Assembly: GCA_022781985.1 (NCBI GenBank)
Contig: JALESH010000030.1
Location: 3,474-67,473 of the forward strand
Direction of reading: 5' to 3'
Length of the DNA: 64,000 nt
DNA from: Lachnospiraceae bacterium
GTDB taxonomy: Bacteria > Bacillota > Clostridia > Lachnospirales > Lachnospiraceae
Positions within the stretch are counted from its first letter, which is position 1; each line of letters begins with the position of its first letter. This document shows, in pieces, positions 18,319 through 27,878 of this stretch. The translations under genes were made by a program, and so were the position numbers. The notes under the pieces are model-generated. The model was not told the DNA's origin, did no database searches, and worked only from the letters and a program-made list of their open reading frames with translations.

Positions 18319-19320
18319 ATGTTAAATGATAAAACGATTCTGATCACCGGAGGGACAGGCTCCTTCGGCAGATGCTTTGCCAGATACATGCTGGAGCATT
18401 ATGAGTCTAAGAAAATCATTATCTACTCCAGGGATGAGTTCAAGCAGTTTATGATGGCCAATGAATTTAAGGAATATGAAGACAGGCTTCGTTTTTTTAT
18501 CGGGGACGTGCGGGACAGGGAGAGGCTGAGGCGTGCCCTGGAGGGAGTGGATTATGTGATCCATGCAGCGGCCCTGAAGCAGGTACCGGCCTGTGAATAC
18601 AATCCCAATGAGGCCATTAAGACAAATATTCATGGAGCGCAGAATGTGATCGATGCGGCGCTGGACAGCCAGGTAAAGAAGGTGGTAGCCCTGTCCACTG
18701 ACAAGGCAGTCAACCCGGTGAATCTCTATGGGGGCACCAAGCTGGTATCGGACAAGCTTTTTATCGCGGCCAATGCCTATGCAGGCACCAAGGACATCAG
18801 CTTTTCCATCGTCAGATACGGCAATGTGGCAGGAAGCCGGGGGTCGGTTATTCCCTTTTTCCGCAATATCATCAAAAACGGCGGTACAGAGCTGCCCATT
18901 ACGGACTATCGTATGACCCGGTTCTGGATCAGCCTGACCCAGGGGGTGGAGCTGGTGATCAAGGCCCTGGAGGAGGCCACGGGAGGGGAGACCTTTATCA
19001 GCAGGATCCCTTCCTTTAAGATTACCGATCTGGCCCAGGCCATGCTGCCGGGCTGCCGGATGCCTGAGGTGGGTATCCGCCCCGGGGAGAAGCTTCATGA
19101 GATCATGGTGACGGCGGAGGATTCCTATACCACCTATGAATACGACAGGCATTTCATCGTATATCCCCAGATGGTGTGGAACAATAAGCAGCAGCCCGAC
19201 CTCAGCGGCAGGAAGGTGGCAGAGGGCTTTTCCTACAGCTCTGACAACAATACCCAGTGGCTTACCGTGGAGGAGATCAGAGAGCTGCTGGACAGCGCAG
19301 AACTGGAAAAACAGGCCTGA
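18319..19320 (+). CDS. pseB: UDP-N-acetylglucosamine 4,6-dehydratase (inverting)
   Basis: MLNDKTILITGGTGSFG...IIYSRDE.KQ...F.IGDVRD...L......DYVIHAAALKQVP..EYNP.EAIKTNI.GA.NVI.AA is colinear with PseB/FlaA1 as I recall it. Confidence 0.9.
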   Translation: MLNDKTILITGGTGSFGRCFARYMLEHYESKKIIIYSRDEFKQFMMANEFKEYEDRLRFFIGDVRDRERLRRALEGVDYVIHAAALKQVPACEYNPNEAIKTNIHGAQNVIDAALDSQVKKVVALSTDKAVNPVNLYGGTKLVSDKLFIAANAYAGTKDISFSIVRYGNVAGSRGSVIPFFRNIIKNGGTELPITDYRMTRFWISLTQGVELVIKALEEATGGETFISRIPSFKITDLAQAMLPGCRMPEVGIRPGEKLHEIMVTAEDSYTTYEYDRHFIVYPQMVWNNKQQPDLSGRKVAEGFSYSSDNNTQWLTVEEIRELLDSAELEKQA

Positions 19321-19333
19321 AAGGAGCAGAATC

Positions 19334-20530
19334 ATGGAAAAACCGGCGATTTGCGGAGGGACACCGGTAAGGGACAGTAAGATACATTATGGGCATCAGT
19401 ATATCGATGAGGAGGATATCCGGGCTGTGGTGGAGGTGCTGAAAAGCGACTATCTCACCTGCGGGCCAAAGATCGGCCGGCTGGAGGAGAAGCTCTGCCG
19501 GGTCACCGGAGCAAAGTATGCTGTGGTCTGCAGCAGCGGTACCGCAGCTCTGCACATAGCCTGTCTGGCAGCAGGGGTACAGGCCGGGGATGAGGTGATC
19601 ACCACGCCGGTCACCTTTGCGGCCTCGGCCAACTGTGCCCTCTACTGCGGAGCCAGGCCGGTTTTTGCGGATATCAACGAGAAGACCTACAATATAGACC
19701 CGGCCTGTGTGGCTGCCTGCGTGACCGAAAGGACCAAGGCAGTAGTGGCAGTAGACTTTACAGGGCAGTCCGTGGAGCTGGATGCCCTGTTGGGCATCTG
19801 CAGGGAAAACGGCCTGGTGCTGATAGAGGACGGCGCCCATGTCATCGGCACCAGATACAGGGGCAGACCCAATGGCTCCCTGGCGGATATGACCACCTTC
19901 AGCTTCCATCCGGTGAAGACGGTGACAGGAGGGGAGGGGGGAGCCGTGCTGACCAACAGTGAGGAATATTACCGCAGGCTGCTGCTGTACAGGACCCACG
20001 GCATCACCAGAGACCGGGAGCTGATGGAGCATGACTGCCACGGGCCCTGGTATTATGAGCAGATAGACCTGGGCTACAACTACCGTATGACCGATATGCA
20101 GGCAGCATTGATCATCAGCCAGCTGGACAAGCTGCCGTTGTTTTCTGCCAGGAGAAAGGAGATCGTCCGCAGGTATGACCAGGCCTTTGCCGGACTCCCC
20201 CAGCTGGCCCTGCAGCAGGAGATTCCCCAGTCAGATACCACCAGGCATCTGTATATTCTGCGTCTGGTGCCGGAGAGGCTGAGGATAGACAGGAGGCAGT
20301 TTTTTGATGCTCTGTCAGCGGAAAACATCTGCTGCAACGTGCACTATATTCCCACCTATTATTTCCCCTACTATGAACGGCTGGGATATGAGAGAGGGAT
20401 CTGTCCCAGGGCGGAGAAGCTGTATGAGGAGATCATCAGCCTGCCCCTGTACTATGGTATGACGGATCAGGATGTGGAGGATGTTATCCGGGCGGTGACC
20501 AGGATCGCCGTTTATTTTGAGAAGGGTTGA
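19334..20530 (+). CDS. pseC: UDP-4-amino-4,6-dideoxy-N-acetyl-beta-L-altrosamine transaminase
   Basis: The start at 19334 follows AAGGAG; the track's 19136 start is an over-extension inside pseB. YGHQYIDEEDI..V.EVL.SD.LT.GP and FSFHPVKT.T.GEGG (PLP lysine) are present. It sits next to pseB. Confidence 0.88.
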   Translation: MEKPAICGGTPVRDSKIHYGHQYIDEEDIRAVVEVLKSDYLTCGPKIGRLEEKLCRVTGAKYAVVCSSGTAALHIACLAAGVQAGDEVITTPVTFAASANCALYCGARPVFADINEKTYNIDPACVAACVTERTKAVVAVDFTGQSVELDALLGICRENGLVLIEDGAHVIGTRYRGRPNGSLADMTTFSFHPVKTVTGGEGGAVLTNSEEYYRRLLLYRTHGITRDRELMEHDCHGPWYYEQIDLGYNYRMTDMQAALIISQLDKLPLFSARRKEIVRRYDQAFAGLPQLALQQEIPQSDTTRHLYILRLVPERLRIDRRQFFDALSAENICCNVHYIPTYYFPYYERLGYERGICPRAEKLYEEIISLPLYYGMTDQDVEDVIRAVTRIAVYFEKG

Positions 20531-20535
20531 AAAAG

Positions 20536-21561
20536 ATGAAGCTGAGCATTATCGTGCCGGTTTATAATATGGCAGCAGATGGGAAATTGGAATATTGCCT
20601 GGACTCTCTGGTGAATCAGACAGTGGAGGACTATGAGATCATCGCTGTGGACGACTGCTCCGCCGATGGATCGCCGGATATCCTGAGAGCCTATGAGAGC
20701 CGGTTTCCGGACAGGTTCCGCGGGATATACTCCCAGGTCAACAGGCATCAGGGCGGAGCAAGAAATGCCGGCATCAGGGCGGCAAAGGGAGACTGGATCG
20801 GCTTTATCGACAGCGATGACTGGATCGCCCCCGATATGTATGAGCGTCTGATCAGAAAAGCGGAGGAAACCGGAGCGGATCTGGTGGGCTGCGACTACTG
20901 TCTTACAGAGGAGCATTCCATGCAGGCGGGACAGGTGGTTCCCAACAATAAAAGGAGCCAGACAGGAGTCCTGGACGATGATAAGAGACGGAGCCTGATC
21001 CTGGACGGGGGCAGCCTGGTGGTAAAGATATTTCGGCGTTCCATGATCCTGGAGAGGGAGCTTTGGTTTCCGGAGAACATCTTCTATGAGGACAACGCGC
21101 TGGGCAATTCCTATCTGATCCTGGCAGAGCATTTTGAATACATCCAGGAGCCGCTGTACTATTATTATCAGCACAGCGCCTCCACAGTCCACACCATTTC
21201 CCCCGGACGCTGTGAGGATCGGATGACAGCAGGGAGGCTGATGCTGGAGGAGGCCAGGCGGCATGGGTATTATGAAAAATATCTTCCCGAGCTGGAATAC
21301 AGCTTTACCCTGCTGTTTTATATCAACACCCTGTTTACCTATATGGCGGGGGTAAAGGGAGCCAGGTATGGGTTTGTCCGAAGGCTGGGGCAGGAGATGA
21401 AGGCAGCCTTTCCCCATTTCCAGAGCAATCCCTATTATGGAGAGAGAACCCATGAGGAAGAGAAGCGGCTGATTCGGATGCAGCAGAGATCCACACTTTT
21501 TTTTATGCTGTATTACCGGCTTCTGTGGGCCTGGAGGAAATGGCGGAAGGCCCATGGGTGA
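20536..21561 (+). CDS. glycosyltransferase family 2
   Basis: LSIIVPVYNMA, IIAVDDCSADGS, GGARNAGI and FIDSDDW motifs. Confidence 0.8.
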   Translation: MKLSIIVPVYNMAADGKLEYCLDSLVNQTVEDYEIIAVDDCSADGSPDILRAYESRFPDRFRGIYSQVNRHQGGARNAGIRAAKGDWIGFIDSDDWIAPDMYERLIRKAEETGADLVGCDYCLTEEHSMQAGQVVPNNKRSQTGVLDDDKRRSLILDGGSLVVKIFRRSMILERELWFPENIFYEDNALGNSYLILAEHFEYIQEPLYYYYQHSASTVHTISPGRCEDRMTAGRLMLEEARRHGYYEKYLPELEYSFTLLFYINTLFTYMAGVKGARYGFVRRLGQEMKAAFPHFQSNPYYGERTHEEEKRLIRMQQRSTLFFMLYYRLLWAWRKWRKAHG

Positions 21562-21580
21562 AGGAAAGGACAGGTCTTTC

Positions 21581-23767
21581 ATGGAGATAGGAAGTATTTA
21601 TGAGATAAGCCCGGATGCGGCGGCAGGGACGGACAGGGAGGCAGCCCTGCCTCCTCTCAGGCTGAAGGAAGTGGAGAAGTATGGAAAAAAATACTGCCGC
21701 TTTACAGGCTCGGGAAGGGAGGCCATCGCCCTGGCGCTGAGGAGCCTGGAGGCAGACAGACCCGGACTGAACAAGTGCTGCCTGCTTCCGGCCTATATGT
21801 GTGACTCGGTTTTTTTCCCTTTCCTGCGGGCAGGCTGGAGGATTCATTTTTATCATCTGGATGAGGAGCTGGCAGCGGATCCGGAAAGCCTGGGAAGCCA
21901 GGTGGAGCATATAAGGCCGGGCCTGCTTTTTATCCATCCCTACTATGGCATGGATACATGGAAGCCGCTGCGGCCTTTGCTGCCCCGATGGCAGGCAGAG
22001 GGAGTCTGTATCATGGAGGATGTGACCCAGTCCTATTATCTGGAGACGGCGGGCAGGGAAGCTGACTATGTGGTAGGAAGCCTGAGAAAATGGTATCCGA
22101 TACCGGATGGGGGCTTTGTGGCTTCCCATCGGCCGCTGCCGGAGGCGCTGTCGGATCATCGGGAGTTTGTGGGGAGCCGGCTGCAGGTGCTGACGGAAAA
22201 GTGGGAATACCTGCATGGGATGGGTGAACCGGAGGAAAAAAGGGCCCGGAAGGAGGACTACCTGGGCAAAAACCGGAGGCTGGAGAAGGAGCTGGACGGT
22301 TATGCCGGCATCAGCGGGCTGTCGGAGGTGTCAGCCCGCCTGCTGGCCGGAACTGAGGAAGGGGAGTGCCGCCGCAGAAGGGAGGAGAACCATAGGTTTC
22401 TCCTTCATAAAATCCTTCATAGCCCCGGCATAAAGGAATCCGGCATCCGTCCCCTCCCTTCCCGTCAGGAGGGGGCAGCCCCCTTGTACCTTGCGGTCTG
22501 TGCAGGAGACAGGGATGGGCTGCAGGCTTATCTACGGGAGAGAAATATCTTTGCCCCTGTGCTCTGGCCCCCGGGAGAGGAGAATGAGGGCTGTCTGAGG
22601 GAAAAGGAGCGGTGGGTCTATGATCATCTGCTGGCCCTGCCCATAGACCAGAGGTATGGGCAGGAGGAGATGGGATATATCGCCGGGACACTGGAGGAGT
22701 ATGGGCAGACTCCGGTCATAGGCATACGGGCAGATGCCAACGGACAGATCGGCGCAGGACATATCATGCGGTGTATTACCATAGCCGGGCAGCTTATCCG
22801 GAGAGGGGCGCGGGTGCTGTTTTTTACAGCGGACACCTATGCCCATCCCATGCTGGAGGAGGCAGGGCTGCCCTATGTGTGCCTGCACAGTACCTGGAAT
22901 CGGATGGAGGAAGAAACGGAGGCGCTGAAAAAGGAGCTGCAGCAGGCAGGCTGCCGCAAACTGCTGGTGGATTCCTACCAGGCCACAGAAAGGTATTTTC
23001 GCAGCCTGGAGGACAGCTGTGCGCTGATCTGTATGGACGACTGCTTCCAGGAAATCTATCCTGTGGATATGGTCATCAACTACAATGCCTACCATACCCG
23101 CTTCCCTTACAGGGAGGCCTATGGGGACAGGGCAAGGCTGCTGCTGGGAACCTCCTATGTGCCTCTGCGTGAAGAGTTCCGTCCTGTTTTGCAGAAGGAA
23201 TCCGGACAGCCCCTGCAGGTGCTGCTCAGCTCCGGGGGAGGGGATGTATACAATGCCCTTTCCGGCATCCTGGGGGAAGCCCTGGGGGATGGAGGGCAGG
23301 GGAAGGATACCTTCAGGGAGGTGATTTTCCATGTGGTGGTGGGGAGGTTTCATGAGCACCGGCAGGAGCTGGAGCGGCTGGCAGACCATTTTCCCAATAT
23401 CAGGCTGCATTATAATGTGACGGAGATGGCAGAGCTGATGAGCCGGTGTCAGGGAGCCGTGTCTGCGGCGGGCACGGTGCTGTTTGAGCTCTGTGCCATG
23501 GAGGTGCCCACGGTATTTTTTGTCAGTGCGGACAACCAGCAGTATGACAGTGAATTTTTTGCCCGGGAAGAGCGGATGCTGTTTGCAGGAGACATCAGGA
23601 CAGACAGGAGGGGCTGTCTGGAAAATATCTGCATCCGGCTGCAGTCCCTGCTGGCAGATGAGGGGATGCGGGAGAAAATGAAAAAAAAGCTGCATGAGGT
23701 CACAGACGGCCGGGGGGCTGACCGGATTGCAGAGGAGATCCTGAGGCTGAAAGGGAGGAAAGCATGA
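21581..23767 (+). CDS. pseG: fusion protein: DegT-like PLP-fold domain (N) + UDP-2,4-diacetamido-2,4,6-trideoxy-beta-L-altropyranose hydrolase PseG (C)
   Basis: The C-terminal half is PseG-like: IGIRADANGQIGAGHIMRCITIA, VINYNAY....Y.......LLLGTSYVPLREEF and LLSSGGGDVYN. The N-terminal roughly 370 aa look like a divergent DegT/fold-type-I enzyme: GSGREAIALAL, LLPAYMCDSV and GSLRKWYPIPDGG, with a Lys in the PLP position. Confidence 0.75.
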   Translation: MEIGSIYEISPDAAAGTDREAALPPLRLKEVEKYGKKYCRFTGSGREAIALALRSLEADRPGLNKCCLLPAYMCDSVFFPFLRAGWRIHFYHLDEELAADPESLGSQVEHIRPGLLFIHPYYGMDTWKPLRPLLPRWQAEGVCIMEDVTQSYYLETAGREADYVVGSLRKWYPIPDGGFVASHRPLPEALSDHREFVGSRLQVLTEKWEYLHGMGEPEEKRARKEDYLGKNRRLEKELDGYAGISGLSEVSARLLAGTEEGECRRRREENHRFLLHKILHSPGIKESGIRPLPSRQEGAAPLYLAVCAGDRDGLQAYLRERNIFAPVLWPPGEENEGCLREKERWVYDHLLALPIDQRYGQEEMGYIAGTLEEYGQTPVIGIRADANGQIGAGHIMRCITIAGQLIRRGARVLFFTADTYAHPMLEEAGLPYVCLHSTWNRMEEETEALKKELQQAGCRKLLVDSYQATERYFRSLEDSCALICMDDCFQEIYPVDMVINYNAYHTRFPYREAYGDRARLLLGTSYVPLREEFRPVLQKESGQPLQVLLSSGGGDVYNALSGILGEALGDGGQGKDTFREVIFHVVVGRFHEHRQELERLADHFPNIRLHYNVTEMAELMSRCQGAVSAAGTVLFELCAMEVPTVFFVSADNQQYDSEFFAREERMLFAGDIRTDRRGCLENICIRLQSLLADEGMREKMKKKLHEVTDGRGADRIAEEILRLKGRKA

Positions 23768-24489
23768 GTGCCATAGCGATTATTACGGCCAGAGGGGGAA
23801 GTAAGCGGATACCGGGAAAGAATAAGAGGGAATTTCTGGGAAAGCCCATTATCTGCTATTCCATAGAAGCAGCCCTGGGATCGGGGCTGTTTGACGAGGT
23901 GATGGTATCCACCGATGATGAGGAGATCGCGGAGATAGCCAGGAGGGCAGGGGCCAGTGTCCCCTTTATGAGGAGTGAGAGCGCCTCGGACGATTTTGCC
24001 ACCACCGACGATGTGCTCCTGGAGGTATTGGAGGAATATGAAAAAAGAGGAAGGACCTTTGCCTACATGGCCTGCCTGTATCCCACGGCCCCCTTTGTGA
24101 CGGCAGAGAAGCTGAGGGAGGCTTTCCGGGTGATGAAGGAAAAGGATGCCTCCGGCATCATGCCGGTGGTACGGTTTTCCTTTCCGCCCCAGAGAGGCAT
24201 GTGGGTGCGGGAGGGCAGGCTGGAATACTGCAGCCCGGAGGATGCGCCGAAGCGATCCCAGGATCTGGAGCCGGTATACCATGACTGCGGACAGTTCTAC
24301 TGTTATCAGGTAGAGCGCTACCGTGCAGGGCGGGGAGAGCTGCCGGGGGGGTATTACCCCATTGTCATGTCTGAGGAAGAGGTACAGGATATTGATAACC
24401 TGTGGGACTGGAGGCTGGCAGAGATCAAGTATGGGATGCTGGAGTCATGCAGCAGGAAGGAGCGCCGCGGAAATGGACAAGAGGATTAA
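23764..24489 (+). CDS. pseF: pseudaminic acid cytidylyltransferase
   Basis: AIITARGGSKRIPGKNKREFLGKPII.YSIEAAL....FDEV.VSTDD.EIA.IA is a CMP-nonulosonate synthetase signature. Its ATGA overlaps the upstream stop. Confidence 0.85.
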   Translation: MSAIAIITARGGSKRIPGKNKREFLGKPIICYSIEAALGSGLFDEVMVSTDDEEIAEIARRAGASVPFMRSESASDDFATTDDVLLEVLEEYEKRGRTFAYMACLYPTAPFVTAEKLREAFRVMKEKDASGIMPVVRFSFPPQRGMWVREGRLEYCSPEDAPKRSQDLEPVYHDCGQFYCYQVERYRAGRGELPGGYYPIVMSEEEVQDIDNLWDWRLAEIKYGMLESCSRKERRGNGQED

Positions 24490-25528
24490 GATAGGAAGCC
24501 GGTATATAGGGGAGGGGGAAAGAACCTTCTTGGTGGCGGAGGTATCGGCCAACCACCTGCAGGATTACGGCCGGGCGGAGGCCATTATCAGAGCGGCGGC
24601 AGAGGCCGGGGCGGATGCCGTGAAGCTGCAGACCTATACCCCGGATACCATTACCATGGATTGTGACAGCGATTACTTCCAGATCACCCAGGGCACCATC
24701 TGGGATGGAACCACCCTGTATCAGCTCTATGAGGAAGCTTATACCCCCTGGGAATGGCAGCCCGGGCTGATGAAGCTGGCCAATGAGCTGGGCATGGAAT
24801 GCTTTTCCTCCCCCTTTGACTTCACCGCAGTGGATTTTATGCAGGAGATGGATATGCCGGCCTATAAGGTGGCTTCCTTTGAGATCACCGATATCCCGCT
24901 GATACGCAGGATCGCCCGGATCGGCAAGCCGGTGATCCTGGCCACCGGAATCGCCTATCTGGAGGATATAGAGAGAGCGGTCCGGGTATGCAGGGAGGAG
25001 GGGAATGACCAGATCATCCTGCTGAAATGCACCTCGGCCTATCCCTCCCCCCTGGAGGATATGAATCTGAGGGTGATCCCCAATATGGCCCGGGTGTTTG
25101 ACTGCCTCACCGGCCTCTCCGACCACAGCATGGGCACTGCAGCCGCAGTGGCAGGGGTGGCCCTGGGGGCCAGGATGGTAGAGAAGCATCTGACCTTGGC
25201 AAGGGCAGACGGAGGGCCGGATGCCGCCTTTTCCATGGAGCCTGCAGAGTTCAGGCAGATGGCAGAGGATATCCGGAGGGTGGAAAAGGCACTGGGAAGG
25301 GTAACCTATGAGCTGACAGAGAAGCAGAAAAGGAGTCGAGAGGACGGCCGTTCCCTCTTTGTGGTACAGGATGTTAAGGCAGGCCAGGCCTTCACGGAAG
25401 AGAACCTCCGCTCTATCCGCCCTGCCTTCGGCCTGCATACGATGTACTATGAGGAGGTATTGGGTAAAACCGCAGCTGAGGATATCTCCCGGGGGACGCC
25501 TCTGGCCTGGAGGCATATCCGCCAGTAA
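24473..25528 (+). CDS. pseI: pseudaminic acid synthase
   Basis: The start at 24473 (MDKRIKIGSRYIGEGERTFLVAEVSANH...AGADAVKLQTYTPDT.T) overlaps the pseF 3' end by 17 nt. A C-terminal SAF/antifreeze-like domain is present. The track's 24323 start is an over-extension. Confidence 0.9.
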   Translation: MDKRIKIGSRYIGEGERTFLVAEVSANHLQDYGRAEAIIRAAAEAGADAVKLQTYTPDTITMDCDSDYFQITQGTIWDGTTLYQLYEEAYTPWEWQPGLMKLANELGMECFSSPFDFTAVDFMQEMDMPAYKVASFEITDIPLIRRIARIGKPVILATGIAYLEDIERAVRVCREEGNDQIILLKCTSAYPSPLEDMNLRVIPNMARVFDCLTGLSDHSMGTAAAVAGVALGARMVEKHLTLARADGGPDAAFSMEPAEFRQMAEDIRRVEKALGRVTYELTEKQKRSREDGRSLFVVQDVKAGQAFTEENLRSIRPAFGLHTMYYEEVLGKTAAEDISRGTPLAWRHIRQ

Positions 25529-25558
25529 GGGAAATCAGCAGGGACAGGAGGAAGAAGG

Positions 25559-26776
25559 GTGCAGAAAACGATGATGATTCTGGGAGCCAGTGCGCTCCAG
25601 GTGCCGGCCATAAGAAAAGCAAAGGAGCTGGGCTACCGGATTATTCTGGTGGACTATGATGAGAATGCAGTGGGCTTTCCCCTGGCAGACGTTAAGCTGG
25701 TGGTCAGCACCCTGGATCAGGAGGAGGTGTATAGGCAGGCCCTGATCTATCAGCCCGATGTGGTGATCACCTCCGCCAGTGACGGTCCGGTGCGGACGGC
25801 GGCATACGTCAATGAGAGGCTGGGCAGGCAGCCGGATCTGTCCTATGAGGATGCGGTCTGTGCCACAATGAAAAATCATATGAGGGACCGGCTGAGGGAA
25901 AACGGGGTTCCCATCCCCGCCTACTACGCTGTTCAGAGCTTTGAGGAGCTGAAGACGGCGGCAGCCCTGCTGAAGGGCCGCTGCATCGTGAAGCCCTCGG
26001 ACAATGCAGGAAGCAGGGGGGTAGTGCTTGTAGAGGAAGACGCCTCCGGGAAGGAAGAGGAGCTGCGCCGGATCTATGAGTACAGCAGAAGCTGCTCCAG
26101 AAACGGCATCCTGATGGCAGAGGAATATATGGAGGGGCCCGAGGTGAGCGTGGAGGCCATGACGGTGAAGGGACAGACCACCATCCTCACCATTACCGAC
26201 AAATTCCTTACCCCTCCGCCCTACTTCGTGGAGCTGGGCCACAGTCAGCCCAGCAGACTGGAGGAGGGGGCGCAGGAGAGGATCAGGGAGATTGCCCTGC
26301 AGGCGGTAAAGGCTATCCGGCTGGTGAACGGCCCCTCCCATACCGAGGTGAAGGTCACCAGGGACGGCCCCAGGATCGTGGAGATCGCGGCCAGGCTGGG
26401 AGGGGACTTTATTACCTCCAGGCTGGTACCTCTGTCTACCGGCGTGGATATGGTAGGCAGCTCTGTGCTCCTGGCTGCGGGAGGGGAGGTGGATCTTGCC
26501 CCGAAGCAGAGCCGGGGCGCGGCCATCTGCTTTATTCCGGCAGCCTCAGGCATCCTCAGGAGCATGGATGTAGATCCGGCAGTCTATGAGATGGAAGGGG
26601 TGGAGGAAGTGGTTTTGTATAAAACGCCGGGGGAGGCAGTGAGCGGAACCAGATCCAGCAATGACAGGCTGGGACATGTGATCGCTGTGGGCAGGAGCCC
26701 GGAGGAGGCCATGGAGAGGGCAAAGCAGGCCGCTTCACTTATCCGGCCTGAGGTGATGGAACGGAGAGAGCGATGA
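25559..26776 (+). CDS. ATP-grasp domain enzyme (carboxylate-amine ligase candidate)
   Basis: ILGAS.LQVPAI.KAKELGY..I.VD pre-ATP-grasp domain, then KPSDNAGSRGV, AEEYMEGPE.SVE and a HTEVK...GP.IVEIAARLGGD core. The GTG start at 25559 has better SD spacing than the ATG at 25571. Confidence 0.8.
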   Translation: MQKTMMILGASALQVPAIRKAKELGYRIILVDYDENAVGFPLADVKLVVSTLDQEEVYRQALIYQPDVVITSASDGPVRTAAYVNERLGRQPDLSYEDAVCATMKNHMRDRLRENGVPIPAYYAVQSFEELKTAAALLKGRCIVKPSDNAGSRGVVLVEEDASGKEEELRRIYEYSRSCSRNGILMAEEYMEGPEVSVEAMTVKGQTTILTITDKFLTPPPYFVELGHSQPSRLEEGAQERIREIALQAVKAIRLVNGPSHTEVKVTRDGPRIVEIAARLGGDFITSRLVPLSTGVDMVGSSVLLAAGGEVDLAPKQSRGAAICFIPAASGILRSMDVDPAVYEMEGVEEVVLYKTPGEAVSGTRSSNDRLGHVIAVGRSPEEAMERAKQAASLIRPEVMERRER

Positions 26777-27849
26777 AAGAGAGGATATATGTCTGCCATA
26801 CATATTATCATGTGTATGTGGCATGTCTGAAGGAATGGAACCTGCCCGGGGAAAGGCGGGGAAAGGCGGATCTGGTGCTCAGTACCATGTCCAATGATTT
26901 CGGGGATCTGAGGGAGCGGGCTGAAAGCTGCGGCCTGTTCGGACATGTGTATATGTTCGAGGAAAAGGAGGACATCTGCTTCCCCCGGGTCATGAAGTAT
27001 CATGAGGATAAGGGAAATCTGATCCTCAACCTGTTCAGCCGGATCAGATATACAAAGCTTCTGGGGAAGGCACAGGAGCCCTATGTGCCGGTGGATTTCA
27101 GGCAGTACGGGGATATCTATGTTTTCTGTGACTCCGATCCCATCGGGTATTACTTAAGCTGGAGGCGGATCCCCTATCATGCCCTGGAGGACGGCCTGGA
27201 CTGTATCAGCACCTACGATACCGCCCGGTATGACAATCGGGGGCATTTCAGGCTGAAAGCCCTTCTGGCAGCCTTCAATCTTATCTTTATCCAGAATGGG
27301 TGGGGAAAATACTGTCTGGACATGGAGGTAAACAATATCTCCATTCTGCCCTATCCCTGCCCGAAATATATAGAAAAGCCCAGGAGCGAGCTGGCCGCCG
27401 GACTGGATGAAAAGGGGAAGGAGCTGCTGGTGCGGCTGTTTATTGCGAATATGGAGGAGCTTGTCAGCAGGCTGAAGGAGGCAGGAAATAAAAACAAGGT
27501 ATTGCTGCTGACAGAGCCGCTGTGCAGCCTGGAGGTGCGGGAAAGAATATTCCGTGACTGTATTGAGCAGTATGGAAGGATAGACGGGGGGGATTCGGTG
27601 GTGCTGATCAAGCCCCATCCCCGGGATGCGCTGGATTATCAGCAGATTTTTTCCGAGCATATCATACTGGACGGGAAATTTCCCATGGAGGTGCTCAACT
27701 ATATCCCGGGGCTGAGCTTCCGCCGGGTGATCTCTGTGTTTACGGTGGTGCATGCCATCCATTTTGCGGAGGAGATCATCTGCCTGGGGGAGGACTTTAT
27801 GGATCAGTATGAGGCACCGGAGCTGCACAGGCAGAATGAGATGATCTAG
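26773..27849 (+). CDS. GT52-like (sialyltransferase-family) glycosyltransferase, candidate pseudaminyltransferase
   Basis: The N-terminal IYVCHTYYHVYVA resembles the GT52 opening motif. KPHPRD (HP at 27616..27621) resembles the sialyltransferase HP motif. It lies immediately after the pse genes with an ATGA overlap. Family assignment is by recall only. Confidence 0.55.
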   Translation: MKERIYVCHTYYHVYVACLKEWNLPGERRGKADLVLSTMSNDFGDLRERAESCGLFGHVYMFEEKEDICFPRVMKYHEDKGNLILNLFSRIRYTKLLGKAQEPYVPVDFRQYGDIYVFCDSDPIGYYLSWRRIPYHALEDGLDCISTYDTARYDNRGHFRLKALLAAFNLIFIQNGWGKYCLDMEVNNISILPYPCPKYIEKPRSELAAGLDEKGKELLVRLFIANMEELVSRLKEAGNKNKVLLLTEPLCSLEVRERIFRDCIEQYGRIDGGDSVVLIKPHPRDALDYQQIFSEHIILDGKFPMEVLNYIPGLSFRRVISVFTVVHAIHFAEEIICLGEDFMDQYEAPELHRQNEMI

Positions 27850-27878
27850 AGCGTGTTGGAAGAAAGCAAGGTGTGGAA

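Noticed and set aside
19136-19333. 5' extension of the pseC ORF in the track (starts inside pseB)
   Set aside because: The extension is out of character (Ser/Thr/Trp/Arg-rich) and overlaps pseB by 185 nt. The ATG at 19334 has an AAGGAG SD and matches the PseC N-terminus. The same reasoning trims 24323 to 24473 (pseI), 15867 to 15987 (GT4) and 34903 to 35002 (wecE-like).
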